Origin: a virus | Taxonomy: Duplodnaviria; Caudoviricetes | Length of the DNA stretch: 64,000 nucleotides | Reading direction: 5' to 3' (one strand) | IMG/VR virus record: IMGVR_UViG_3300049144_000095 | Span: 128,001-192,000 of that record | Shown: piece after piece, positions 17,712 through 26,447 of the stretch | How the letters are laid out: every line of letters begins with the position of its first letter | Numbering within the stretch: the stretch's first letter is position 1 | Program-made: the position numbers and the translations under genes | The notes under the pieces: model-generated | Told to the model about the DNA's origin: nothing | Seen by the model: only the letters and a program-made list of their open reading frames with translations | Databases searched by the model: none

Positions 17712-18730
17712 ACGCAACCAACGACATCACGCCCCTCGGCACTCCCGTCGCGAACACCGACACCCTGGAGGACTCCGCCCTCCTGGCCGCCCTGGACTCC
17801 CGTGACGGGACACTGGACACCCCGGACGGAACCCGCCTGGTCTCCCAGGGGCTCGCCACGACCGACGGTGACGGCAGCTACTTCCTCAGCGCGCTGGGCC
17901 GCGAGAGGGCCGAGGAGATGCGCGCCCGCGAGCGCGACCTGATCAGCGACGACATGCTGCGTGTGATCACGAAGCACGTACCTCGTGCTACCGCCCGGAG
18001 CGCCGGGTGGATCTCCGGGGTCACCTGGTACGAGGAGCGCCCCTACATCGACCTGGTCCGCCCGGCCGACCTGCCCGCCAAGGCGTTCCCGCAGCGCATG
18101 CGAGACCTCCTCGCCGCCGTCCACCACGACGCCCGTTCGGTGCTCGGACTGTTCTCCGAGGTCGACGGGAACCGGCTGCTGTTCGGTGCCCTGCGTCCGT
18201 CCCCCCGGGGGGTGACGCCCCGACTGGGGGAGCCCGACGATGAGCGGGACAAGCGCATCGCCGCCAGCGGCCACGCTGACGCCGTCTGGAGCGACCTGTG
18301 CGCCTCCGACGGACGTCCTTCGGTTCATGCTGCCTGGGCTCCGGGTGATGGCAAGGGTCAGGCGCCGATGGGGTATGCCTTCCACTACGCCAGTCGCACC
18401 GCCCTCCTGACCCTGGAGGACGGTGACCAGTACACCGTCAGCTTCGGCGTCAGCGGCCAGCCCGATGCGGGCCGGACCTGGACCGGACATCGCGCGGACG
18501 TGGCGGTCAAGGCGATGGCCCGGGATCTGTACGGCACGCTGTGCGCCCACGAGTACGGCACCGGACGCGACTCGTGCCCCGGCTGCGACTACACGGGAGA
18601 GGAGTTCGAGTCCGCCCACAAGGGTGAGCTGACGGTCATGCCGGGCAGTCTGCCCAAGCTCACCCGCGTGGTCTTCGACGACTCCCTCGCCCCTCTCAAC
18701 GTCATCCACAAGGTGCACCCCGAGGGCTGA
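17708..18730 (+). CDS. Hypothetical protein (340 aa)
   Basis: ATGA overlap; C-terminal LCAHE..SCPGCD. Confidence 0.8.
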   Translation: MNATNDITPLGTPVANTDTLEDSALLAALDSRDGTLDTPDGTRLVSQGLATTDGDGSYFLSALGRERAEEMRARERDLISDDMLRVITKHVPRATARSAGWISGVTWYEERPYIDLVRPADLPAKAFPQRMRDLLAAVHHDARSVLGLFSEVDGNRLLFGALRPSPRGVTPRLGEPDDERDKRIAASGHADAVWSDLCASDGRPSVHAAWAPGDGKGQAPMGYAFHYASRTALLTLEDGDQYTVSFGVSGQPDAGRTWTGHRADVAVKAMARDLYGTLCAHEYGTGRDSCPGCDYTGEEFESAHKGELTVMPGSLPKLTRVVFDDSLAPLNVIHKVHPEG

Positions 18731-18775
18731 GAGCGGCCCGGTGCGCCGCTGTTCATCCGCGCACTCGGCTCACTC

Positions 18776-18807
18776 AAGGGCGGCCCTTTCCGGGGTCGCC
18801 CTTGTTT
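18776..18807 (+). terminator. Intrinsic terminator
   Basis: AAGGGCGGCC/GGTCGCCCTT stem plus GTTT. Confidence 0.7.
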
Positions 18808-18818
18808 CATTTCCGGAG

Positions 18819-18830
18819 TGACCTAGGCCG
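18819..18830 (+). promoter_or_regulatory. TGACCTAGGCCG site upstream of candidate -10 TAGACT (18839-18844)
   Basis: Copy 5; follows terminator. Confidence 0.65.
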
Positions 18831-18866
18831 ATGGCTGGTAGACTCCGCACAACGGAAGGAGAGGAA

Positions 18867-19355
18867 ATGCACGAGGAGTTGATCAGGTTCCCGGGAGTCG
18901 GCGGGACCTGGTCGGACGCGGGAGAGGGCCGCATGTACGTGTACGCCGTCGTCCCTCGGCCCGTCGACTACCCGGACAACTGCATCGTCGAGAACATGAT
19001 CGTCCTCACGGAGCCCGACGCCCCGGTGAGCGACATCCGCCCCCTGTGGGGGGATCCAGCCTCGGCCGCCGAGGAAAAGGCGGCCCGGCGAGACGCGGCC
19101 CGCCTGATGGACCGTGAGGGCTTCGCCGTGAAGGCGGCCTCGGTCCGTTCCTTGGTATCCCTCGACAGCTTCTCCGTGGACATGCTGGCCGCTGTCTTCA
19201 TGGGGTCAACCCACCACAGCCTCCAGGTTTCTGGGGGTGGCACCTTCTGGGAGGCTGCCCGGGAAGATCTCACCGTCGCTGGCACCCAGCTTCTGGACCG
19301 GCTTCACAGCGCCTTCGGCGTCGAGCCGGTCCTGCTGACCTTCCTGGACACCTGA
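18867..19355 (+). CDS. Hypothetical protein
   Basis: RBS CGGAAGGAGAGG. Confidence 0.75.
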   Translation: MHEELIRFPGVGGTWSDAGEGRMYVYAVVPRPVDYPDNCIVENMIVLTEPDAPVSDIRPLWGDPASAAEEKAARRDAARLMDREGFAVKAASVRSLVSLDSFSVDMLAAVFMGSTHHSLQVSGGGTFWEAAREDLTVAGTQLLDRLHSAFGVEPVLLTFLDT

Positions 19356-19401
19356 CAACCCGTCGGAGGCGACAGCCCGACATCGGAAAGAGAGAAGAAG
19401 C

Positions 19402-19905
19402 ATGGAACTCATCCAGTCGCATCACGCGCCTGGGCCGGGCCCGATCCACATCGAGGCGCCGGAGCTTCCGGTCGAGATCACCGTCCGCTCGGACGTCGAG
19501 TACCGGCAGGTTCACGTCATGGTCGACCGGGGACTGGGTGCACACGCCAGGTCCGGAGGCGCCGGAGGCCGGGAGCTGCACGTCGTCGTCGGCCGTCCCG
19601 GCATGGTGGCCTGGATCGCCAGTCTCTTCGGGCGGCAGAGTTCCGCCACCTCCGGGGGTTCCGTCAAGGCCGGGCGAAAGTCTGTCGTTGCGGGCGGGAG
19701 CATCGACTCCAATGCCATCGGCAAGGGCGCCAGGGTCACCATCGACGGACAGCCGGTGCAGCGCAAGGGACCTGGGGTCCACCTGACCGTGCCCCCGGGA
19801 TGCACCTTCGATGTCCGCGCGCACGACGGCATCAGGGTGCACTACAACATGACCGAGATGACCATCGAGACGGCAGTCGAGATCGGCATTCTGGAGCGTG
19901 CCTGA
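19402..19905 (+). CDS. Hypothetical beta-strand-rich protein (DUF4097/adhesin-like)
   Basis: Alternating hydrophobic strands, GSVKAG..VVAGGSI..IG.GARVTIDG. Confidence 0.6.
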   Translation: MELIQSHHAPGPGPIHIEAPELPVEITVRSDVEYRQVHVMVDRGLGAHARSGGAGGRELHVVVGRPGMVAWIASLFGRQSSATSGGSVKAGRKSVVAGGSIDSNAIGKGARVTIDGQPVQRKGPGVHLTVPPGCTFDVRAHDGIRVHYNMTEMTIETAVEIGILERA

Positions 19906-20108
19906 TGTCCGTGGTCGTGGAGGACGGTTACCTCGTGGAACGCTTCTCCGGCGGCCGGTTGCGGAAAGCGCAGATCGTTGCCGAGCGGCCCGAAGGTGCC
20001 TCACACAGCCTGTCCGTCACCACCGAGGACGGACAGAAGTACAGAACCGGATGGTTCTACGCTCCAGGCATCCGCCAGGGTCGCGCTGTTGCGTGGCCCG
20101 CAACCTGA
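19905..20108 (+). CDS. Hypothetical protein
   Basis: TGATG coupling. Confidence 0.65.
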   Translation: MSVVVEDGYLVERFSGGRLRKAQIVAERPEGASHSLSVTTEDGQKYRTGWFYAPGIRQGRAVAWPAT

Positions 20109-20138
20109 GCAGCTAGACGGAAAGGGGAGGAATCAAGG

Positions 20139-20537
20139 GTGAACGCATCGCTTACGCCGTTCACGGAGGAGGAGCTGGAGGCCGCCATCGACAGCGTGTC
20201 GATGGGGTACTACCGGCGGGCTTCCGAGCACGACAAGGCCAAGATCCGCTCTTGGCTGCCGGGCCTCCAGGCCATGTCGGACAAGGACTTCGTCGTCGAG
20301 GCCGCGTCGAGGATTCTCGACTCGGCCATCATGAACGGCTATCGGGGCAACGCTTCGGGGATCCACGCCATGGCGGACATCTGCCAGGACGAGGCTGCCC
20401 GGCGCCATCAGGCGGCGGGCCATGCCGCCGACTGCCGGGGCTCCGACTTGTACAGCAGGGCGTACAACCTGGCGCGCACGAACCAGGGCCACAAGGCTAC
20501 GTTCCTGGCCCCTTGCACCTGCGGCTTCGAGAAGTAG
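20139..20537 (+). CDS. Hypothetical protein
   Basis: RBS CGGAAAGGGGAGG. Confidence 0.75.
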   Translation: MNASLTPFTEEELEAAIDSVSMGYYRRASEHDKAKIRSWLPGLQAMSDKDFVVEAASRILDSAIMNGYRGNASGIHAMADICQDEAARRHQAAGHAADCRGSDLYSRAYNLARTNQGHKATFLAPCTCGFEK

Positions 20538-20556
20538 TGAGAGCGGGGAGGACGAG

Positions 20557-20844
20557 ATGTTCCAGTACGACATGGTCACCGGGGCCATCGAACTCGGTCG
20601 CGACAGTCAGGCGGTGCAGAACTACAAGGCCGGAACGGGCGCCCTCATCTACGCCTTGAAGGCGGGCGGATGGTCGGACGAGCAGATCGAGAACGGCCTG
20701 CGCACCCACTTCGAGAGCGTGGCCGCCGTTCTGGTGGAGCATCTGCGTTCCCATGCAAGCCAGCAGAACTACAGTGACGCCTTCCGAGCCGTCGCCAGCG
20801 CGCTCATCGACAGGATCGACCCCGCCGAGATCAACGGCAACTGA
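20557..20844 (+). CDS. Hypothetical protein
   Basis: RBS GGGGAGG. Confidence 0.75.
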   Translation: MFQYDMVTGAIELGRDSQAVQNYKAGTGALIYALKAGGWSDEQIENGLRTHFESVAAVLVEHLRSHASQQNYSDAFRAVASALIDRIDPAEINGN

Positions 20845-20860
20845 CGAAAGGAGAAGAAGG

Positions 20861-21394
20861 GTGAACGCGAAGAAGTGGCCCTCTCTGGGTGACGTGATTT
20901 TGGTGCAGGACGTGCCGACCACCGACGCCCAGCGGGAGCTGTGGAAGAACCGGCAGCCGCCAACCAGGAAGGGTGAGGTGGTTGAGGTCCCGAACGAGGA
21001 CGGCAGCGGGTTCCTGGTGATCGATGTCGGCGGCGAGTACGGCGGCGTCAACTACGCGGCGCGTGATTTCTCGACGCGGTACGTCTGGAAGCCCACCGGC
21101 GAGAAGGTCGACAGGGAGCAGCAGCGCAGCGAAGCGAGCGCACTGGTGCAGTCGATCCGGCGGCAGGCTGACGGGGCGGTCGAGTACCAGCCGACCATGA
21201 ACATCTACGACGAAGCCGAAGACGGCCCCGCCATGCTCTTGTGCCTGCCCGTCGCGATCGTCGAAACCCTCGTCGACGTGGCGTACCGGCACATCACCCC
21301 GAGCATGGGGCTCGACGGGGCGTTCGTTGACGAGCTGCGCTACCAGCTCGCCGACTACCGGGCTTCTCTCAAGTCCCGGGGGCAGGGAGCATGA
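20861..21394 (+). CDS. Hypothetical protein
   Basis: RBS GAAAGGAGAAGAAG. Confidence 0.75.
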   Translation: MNAKKWPSLGDVILVQDVPTTDAQRELWKNRQPPTRKGEVVEVPNEDGSGFLVIDVGGEYGGVNYAARDFSTRYVWKPTGEKVDREQQRSEASALVQSIRRQADGAVEYQPTMNIYDEAEDGPAMLLCLPVAIVETLVDVAYRHITPSMGLDGAFVDELRYQLADYRASLKSRGQGA

Positions 21395-21618
21395 TCTCGA
21401 TCGAAGACCTGAGTCTCACGTCCATCGACGGTATACGCCACACGACGACCAGCGAGAGCATCGTCGCCGCCGTCGTCTTCGCTGCGAAGCTCGGCCATTC
21501 GACACGGACGGCGTACCGGTTCGTCACCGCGCTCGTCATGGTGAACGCCCTGGACGACATCTCCCAGTGGGAAGACGTCCTTCGCCAGGTCGTGACCCTG
21601 GAAGGGGAGGGCGCCTGA
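21391..21618 (+). CDS. Hypothetical protein
   Basis: ATGA overlap. Confidence 0.7.
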   Translation: MISIEDLSLTSIDGIRHTTTSESIVAAVVFAAKLGHSTRTAYRFVTALVMVNALDDISQWEDVLRQVVTLEGEGA

Positions 21619-21619
21619 G

Positions 21620-21925
21620 GTGAGGATCACCGGCGTCAGCCAGGACGGACGGAAATGGATCAACCGGCGCATCACCTTCCGGCTGTGCGGAGGTGACTTC
21701 GCGAACGTCCTCTGCCTCGTCTACCGGGAGCACGACCTGGAGGAAGACGGTCCCCTCCCGGACCTCAGCAAGGCCAAGATCCTCGAACTCGTGGACGACG
21801 TCCTGCTGGAGCGAGCAGACAAGCGGAACTGGTGGAGCGACGACGTGGACGACGACGACTTTCGTGACGCCCTGTGGGAGTGGGCGGACGAACTGATCCG
21901 CCGCAGATTCCCCGAGTTCTACTGA
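21620..21925 (+). CDS. Hypothetical protein
   Basis: Follows upstream stop. Confidence 0.75.
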   Translation: MRITGVSQDGRKWINRRITFRLCGGDFANVLCLVYREHDLEEDGPLPDLSKAKILELVDDVLLERADKRNWWSDDVDDDDFRDALWEWADELIRRRFPEFY

Positions 21926-21939
21926 CTGGAGAACGCACA

Positions 21940-22167
21940 ATGACCGACCTCGCCGCCGAACGCGACAACCTGCTCGTCCAGGCCCGCGCCAAGACGCCTG
22001 GCATCCGCATCACCGCCGAAGCGCCTGCCGACGATGCTGACGCTCTGCGCGCAGAGATCACCGCGCTGCGGGAGTTCATCAACCGCCCCACGCCCGGACT
22101 GCACACCGACACGTACGACGAGGCCACCGACCCCGACGGCCCGAGCGACGACCCCACGAACGTCTGA
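21940..22167 (+). CDS. Hypothetical protein
   Basis: RBS GGAGAA; C-rich codon style. Confidence 0.7.
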   Translation: MTDLAAERDNLLVQARAKTPGIRITAEAPADDADALRAEITALREFINRPTPGLHTDTYDEATDPDGPSDDPTNV

Positions 22168-22197
22168 CTCGCCCACCAACCCCAGGAGCAACCCGCC

Positions 22198-22608
22198 ATG
22201 ACCACCTGGTACGCCTGCCAGCATCACGGCAACGATATTCACACCACCGAAGGTGACGCCATCCATCGCACGTGCGCCCATGACGGCACCGTGCACTACG
22301 CCTGTGCCCCCCGTCGCGCACCGCACGGCACACCCCGACCTGCCGACTGGCCGACCTCTCTCGACTGGATCACGGAGGGGTCCACCGCATCCGTCGGCGA
22401 CGACTTCGACTTCGAGGCTGTCGCCCGCGCTGCGTACGCCGAAGCCGTGACCGCCGGGGATACCCGCGCCGCGCATGCGCTCGCCGCATGCTTGCCTCGC
22501 TCACTCACTCCTGAGGAGCAGCGTCGGGCCGTCGAAGCCGCCTGGTCCGGCGTGATCCGCAACAGCAGCTTCGGCAAGCTTCCGCCCGGCGTCACCCGCA
22601 TCCGCTGA
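22198..22608 (+). CDS. Hypothetical protein
   Basis: RBS AGGAGCAACCCGCC. Confidence 0.7.
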   Translation: MTTWYACQHHGNDIHTTEGDAIHRTCAHDGTVHYACAPRRAPHGTPRPADWPTSLDWITEGSTASVGDDFDFEAVARAAYAEAVTAGDTRAAHALAACLPRSLTPEEQRRAVEAAWSGVIRNSSFGKLPPGVTRIR

Positions 22609-22641
22609 CCAGCCCGCCACGCGTCTTAGGAGCAACCCGCC

Positions 22642-23058
22642 ATGGCCACGCCGACCACCACCGCTCAGGATGCCGCTCGCGAGCGCCTGCGCACCACCGT
22701 CGCCGCGATCCTCGCCGATGTGTACGACCGCACCACCGACCCCGACGCCGCCGAGCAGGCCGTCATGGACGCCGCGCAGCAGTGGGGCACCGAGGGGTAC
22801 GTCATCAACGCCACGCCCGCCGAGCCCTGCCCCGGCAACGGCTACGGCAACGGCGGCACCGTCAGCCGCTGGTACGCCCCGAACGGCTGGCAGGACACCC
22901 CGCCCATCGACGCCAACGCCGACGCCGACCCCGGCTCGTACACCGTCGGCGAGCGCGTCACCTGCCCCCGCTGCTCCGCCTCCGTGGCCGTCGAGCGCGT
23001 CAAGACCACCAAGCGCGAGACCGGCACACAGTACGTCGCCTGGCTCGCCCGCCACTGA
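22642..23058 (+). CDS. Hypothetical protein (CPRC)
   Basis: RBS AGGAGCAACCCGC. Confidence 0.75.
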   Translation: MATPTTTAQDAARERLRTTVAAILADVYDRTTDPDAAEQAVMDAAQQWGTEGYVINATPAEPCPGNGYGNGGTVSRWYAPNGWQDTPPIDANADADPGSYTVGERVTCPRCSASVAVERVKTTKRETGTQYVAWLARH

Positions 23059-23079
23059 CCACTAGGAGCACCCCCCACG

Positions 23080-23343
23080 ATGGCTTACATCGAAATCGAC
23101 GAGATCGATGGCCTTTTCGACGTCGAGGAGACCTTTCATCACGGCAAGCCGATGACCGTGCTCAGCATTCTTGGCATGCCCGTGCTGTACGGGCCGCCCG
23201 GCAGGCTGGACCGGCAGTACGGGGATGAGGTGCTGGAGGAGCTGAAGCCGCACATCGCCAAGGCGCTGGCGAGGCTCCTGCTCGCCGACGGCAACCTCCC
23301 GGGCTGGCAGGCCGAGCCGGTCGACGTCGAACCTCCACACTGA
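23080..23343 (+). CDS. Hypothetical protein, paralog of 23480..23752
   Basis: MAYIEIDEIDGLF N-terminus; RBS AGGAGCACCCCCC. Confidence 0.75.
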   Translation: MAYIEIDEIDGLFDVEETFHHGKPMTVLSILGMPVLYGPPGRLDRQYGDEVLEELKPHIAKALARLLLADGNLPGWQAEPVDVEPPH

Positions 23344-23479
23344 CGAGACGGTTCGTGCCAAGCCCGGACATCAACCCAACATCGGAGCGTCGCATCTCTT
23401 GCCTTACCGATATGCATCCGTCACTCCGCACGCCATTCGGACCGTCTCGCCCAGCACTGACCGTAGGGAGAAGAAGCAA

Positions 23480-23752
23480 ATGGCGAAGATCGAGATCAAC
23501 GAGATCGAGGGCCTGTTCACCGTGGATGTAGCCAGGGACACCGGCGGCAACTACGTCGGCGTACTGAAGATCCTCGGTCACACAGTGCTGTACGCCCCGG
23601 AAGAGGTCGTGCTGCACCCCGGCACTGCCCACTGGAACGACGTCACCAGTGGGGTCCTGGCTCGCTTTCTGGCGACACAGTTGATGGACAGCGGCGCCAT
23701 GGAGGGATGGGACTTCACGTCGCCCACCGGGCGAGAGGTGAGCGGGGACTAA
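23480..23752 (+). CDS. Hypothetical protein, paralog of 23080..23343
   Basis: MAKIEINEIEGLF N-terminus. Confidence 0.75.
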   Translation: MAKIEINEIEGLFTVDVARDTGGNYVGVLKILGHTVLYAPEEVVLHPGTAHWNDVTSGVLARFLATQLMDSGAMEGWDFTSPTGREVSGD

Positions 23753-23872
23753 CGGCCCATCGATTGGGATGGCTCCACGCCCGACCTGAATGTCCGCCAG
23801 AATGACCCCGGCGTTCCGATCCGGTACCGGAGCGCCGCATCCTTCACTCAACTCCCAAGGAGGGTCCCTGTC

Positions 23873-24220
23873 GTGGGACTGAACTCTCGCGTTGCCCAGA
23901 TCGTCTGGGGCCTGGTTCCGCTCGTTCTCGCCGGTTCCATTCTGGAGCTGCCGTTCATCTGGCGGGCGCTCAAGACCAAGAAACGTAGCGACATCCGGCT
24001 GGCGGTCATCTTCGGTGTGGTGCAGCTCGGCGTCTGGCTGCTCTACGTCATCTTCACGCAGGACTCCAGCACCCTGCGCGAGGACGTCCCGGCCGCCCTC
24101 ATCTGGATCAGCGCCTTCGCCGCCGCCGTCGCCGCCGCGTACGTGTACCGGCCGCTGAACAAGGAGGAGCGCATGGACCAGGCGGCCCAGGACCGGCGCC
24201 CCGGCTCGTCGTATCTGTAG
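23873..24220 (+). CDS. Small membrane protein (about 3 TM segments)
   Basis: Three hydrophobic stretches; RBS AAGGAGGG. Confidence 0.75.
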   Translation: MGLNSRVAQIVWGLVPLVLAGSILELPFIWRALKTKKRSDIRLAVIFGVVQLGVWLLYVIFTQDSSTLREDVPAALIWISAFAAAVAAAYVYRPLNKEERMDQAAQDRRPGSSYL

Positions 24221-24343
24221 GACCCCCGGCCAGCCAGCAGGCAGCGACGTTACACATGAGCAGCAACCACGGCAGGCCGGGTGAGGCCCTGAAGGGCACG
24301 ACCGCAGGCCACTGAACAGAATCAATCGGAAAGGAAACGCAGC

Positions 24344-24652
24344 ATGGGCAGCAACGACAGCTCCCTCGATGAGCGCTACCCCGAGCACGCCAAACAGCGC
24401 AAGGTCATCTCCCAGATGGACGCAGTCCAGTCCTTCCTCGACGCCATGCAGGAGCGGGGTCTCGAACTCGGGGAGACGGTGGTCACGCGGGTCGCCGTGT
24501 TCGAGGGCACCGAGGAGTGCACCGCCGTGCAGTCGGTCAGGGGGGAGAGGCTGACACGGCTGGTCAACGAGCACTTCGGCATCGACCGCTCCAAGATCCT
24601 GGCCGAGAAGGAGCAGATGATCGCCGACATGGCGGCAGGAAGTCTCCGATGA
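24344..24652 (+). CDS. Hypothetical protein
   Basis: RBS CGGAAAGGAAA. Confidence 0.75.
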   Translation: MGSNDSSLDERYPEHAKQRKVISQMDAVQSFLDAMQERGLELGETVVTRVAVFEGTEECTAVQSVRGERLTRLVNEHFGIDRSKILAEKEQMIADMAAGSLR

Positions 24653-24978
24653 AGCCGAGTGAACGCCTTCTGAAGATGATCCGCCAACAGCTCCCCGAGC
24701 TGGACATCCCCGAAGGCGCCCGGCTGGAGCGAGCTGCTGGGTCCTACGCCGGATGGAACCGCACATCGCTCGGAGCCTGGGTGTGGACGGCGGTAGACGC
24801 GAACGGCGTACCCCTGCACCGGAACTCCGAGGGACAGCCCCTGGCCATAGGTTCCCAGTGGACCATGACCGAGCTGGTGCGCGCAGGTTCCCTCGCGGCC
24901 AACCCATCGGGAGCGAACCCCGGAGACATCCACATCGAGCCGACAGACGAGAAGCAGCGAGAGGGGGTGGCACAGTGA
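24649..24978 (+). CDS. Hypothetical protein
   Basis: ATGA overlap. Confidence 0.75.
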   Translation: MKPSERLLKMIRQQLPELDIPEGARLERAAGSYAGWNRTSLGAWVWTAVDANGVPLHRNSEGQPLAIGSQWTMTELVRAGSLAANPSGANPGDIHIEPTDEKQREGVAQ

Positions 24979-25259
24979 ACGGCTACACCGAGCTGGTTGT
25001 CGATGTGTCCGGCCTGTACGACGGCTACACGGCGCCCGAAGTGATCTGCCAGCGAGCGCGGGATCACTGGCTGAACGAGTTCGCGGCGGCCGAACTCAAG
25101 CTCCCGTTCGGAGAGGGCAAGCAGCAACGGCTGGACGACGGCATGTACCTCATCTACTGGTTCGTCGGCACCGACGAGTACTGGTACTACGTCACGCTCA
25201 ACATGAATCAGTACAAGGTCACGACCGAACGGAAGGGCAAGGCGCAGAAGCGCGCCTGA
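24975..25259 (+). CDS. Hypothetical protein
   Basis: GTGA overlap. Confidence 0.75.
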   Translation: MNGYTELVVDVSGLYDGYTAPEVICQRARDHWLNEFAAAELKLPFGEGKQQRLDDGMYLIYWFVGTDEYWYYVTLNMNQYKVTTERKGKAQKRA

Positions 25260-25280
25260 CGGAACGGAAAGGGGAAGAAC

Positions 25281-25652
25281 ATGACCGATCAGCCATGGGT
25301 GCAGGTGTTCCCCGGCCCCGGCCTGGATCCGGGATTCCGCTGGGACATCAACGGCCGGGCCCAGTTCCGGCACAAGGGCTACTCAGTGGATGTCCTCATC
25401 CGGCAGGCCACCACCGACGATGCCGCGTATTACGTACGCGAGGAGCCCAGCATCAACGACGTGGTGATCGTCGGCACGGTCAGCCTGGACCACGTGGAGC
25501 TGTCGAACGCCGAGCACCGCGCTGACATCACGGAACCCTTTCAGATGAGCCAAGCCCTCGCCTACGTGCTCGACGCGGCCGTGGAGGACGCTCGTCGGAT
25601 GGTGGGCCGCCTGGTAGAGCGGGTGGCGGAGATCGACGCGAAGCAGAACTGA
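25281..25652 (+). CDS. Hypothetical protein
   Basis: RBS CGGAAAGGGGAAG. Confidence 0.8.
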   Translation: MTDQPWVQVFPGPGLDPGFRWDINGRAQFRHKGYSVDVLIRQATTDDAAYYVREEPSINDVVIVGTVSLDHVELSNAEHRADITEPFQMSQALAYVLDAAVEDARRMVGRLVERVAEIDAKQN

Positions 25653-25675
25653 CCCCAGGCCGAAACCGGGCAGCC
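25649..25675 (+). repeat. Truncated 5' half of hammerhead; direct repeat of 26011-26037
   Basis: CTGACCCCAGGCCGAAACCGGGCAGCC vs CTGACCGCAGGCCGAAACCGGGCATCC (25/27 identical). Confidence 0.8.
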
Positions 25676-25708
25676 AATTCAGTCTTTAGAAGGGAGGGAG
25701 TGGGACCA

Positions 25709-26014
25709 ATGGTGAGCATCAACGATCTGGATGGACCGGTGCGAACGGTCGCCGACGTCGTGCGCCAGAGGAAGATCGGCGCTCACTTCGTCGCGCACCG
25801 AGACATCGGCCTGGATCCTCAGGGCAACTTCTGGCTCCGACGCGAAGGCAAGGTGGATCTGCTTCCGGGACTGAGGAAGAAGATCGCTATTGCATGCGTC
25901 CGGGATTCGGGTCTGCGCCTGAGTTCCAGTCAGACGATCGCGACCGACAAGGTGCAACGTCTCGCCGACCCCGTGGACGACACCACTTGGATCAAGGTTC
26001 AAGGGACCTTCTGA
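25709..26014 (+). CDS. Hypothetical protein flanked by hammerhead-derived direct repeats
   Basis: RBS AAGGGAGGGAG. Confidence 0.7.
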   Translation: MVSINDLDGPVRTVADVVRQRKIGAHFVAHRDIGLDPQGNFWLRREGKVDLLPGLRKKIAIACVRDSGLRLSSSQTIATDKVQRLADPVDDTTWIKVQGTF

Positions 26015-26081
26015 CCGCAGGCCGAAACCGGGCATCCAGCCCGGTCGCGCAGTGAGGCTGCGCCTGACGATGGCCGTCAGC
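26011..26081 (+). ncRNA. Type II hammerhead ribozyme HH3; predicted cleavage after C26046
   Basis: GGCC-GAAA-C CGGGC AUCCA GCCCG G-UC-GCGCAG UGAGG CUGCGC-CUGACGA-U-GGCC; stem II extended by CUGAC/GUCAG. Confidence 0.9.
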
Positions 26082-26105
26082 GGAGGAACCGGAAAGGGGA
26101 AGAGC

Positions 26106-26429
26106 GTGGGAGACCAGAAGGACGTCTACCTGATCGGCGAGCAGTACTCGAACAAGGCCACAGGTCGAAAGGGCGTCGCCGTGATCCGCCCGGCAGTGCT
26201 CGAAGGGCTGTTGTCGGAGGAGCCGAAGGTCATCACGACATCCCCCTGTTGCCCCGACAAGGTCCGGCACCTGTCCTACGCCGACATCACGTCGAGCCTG
26301 GCTGCCAAGCAGGGCGGCTGGGCCATGCAGTGCAAGGAGTGCAAGTGGCACTACAAGGTCGTCGCTGAGCAGACCGGAGCCACCCGGCTCGGCCTGTACG
26401 GCGTGCGCTGGATCTCGCAGGGGTTCTGA
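26106..26429 (+). CDS. Hypothetical protein (PCC..CKEC) downstream of HH3
   Basis: GTG after CGGAAAGGGGAAG. Confidence 0.75.
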   Translation: MGDQKDVYLIGEQYSNKATGRKGVAVIRPAVLEGLLSEEPKVITTSPCCPDKVRHLSYADITSSLAAKQGGWAMQCKECKWHYKVVAEQTGATRLGLYGVRWISQGF

Positions 26430-26447
26430 GGAAGGGGAGACAGAGGC

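Noticed and set aside
24225-24330. Intergenic stems and ACTGAACAGA shared with 12465
   Set aside because: Only a 10-nt match next to the RBS; no common fold found.
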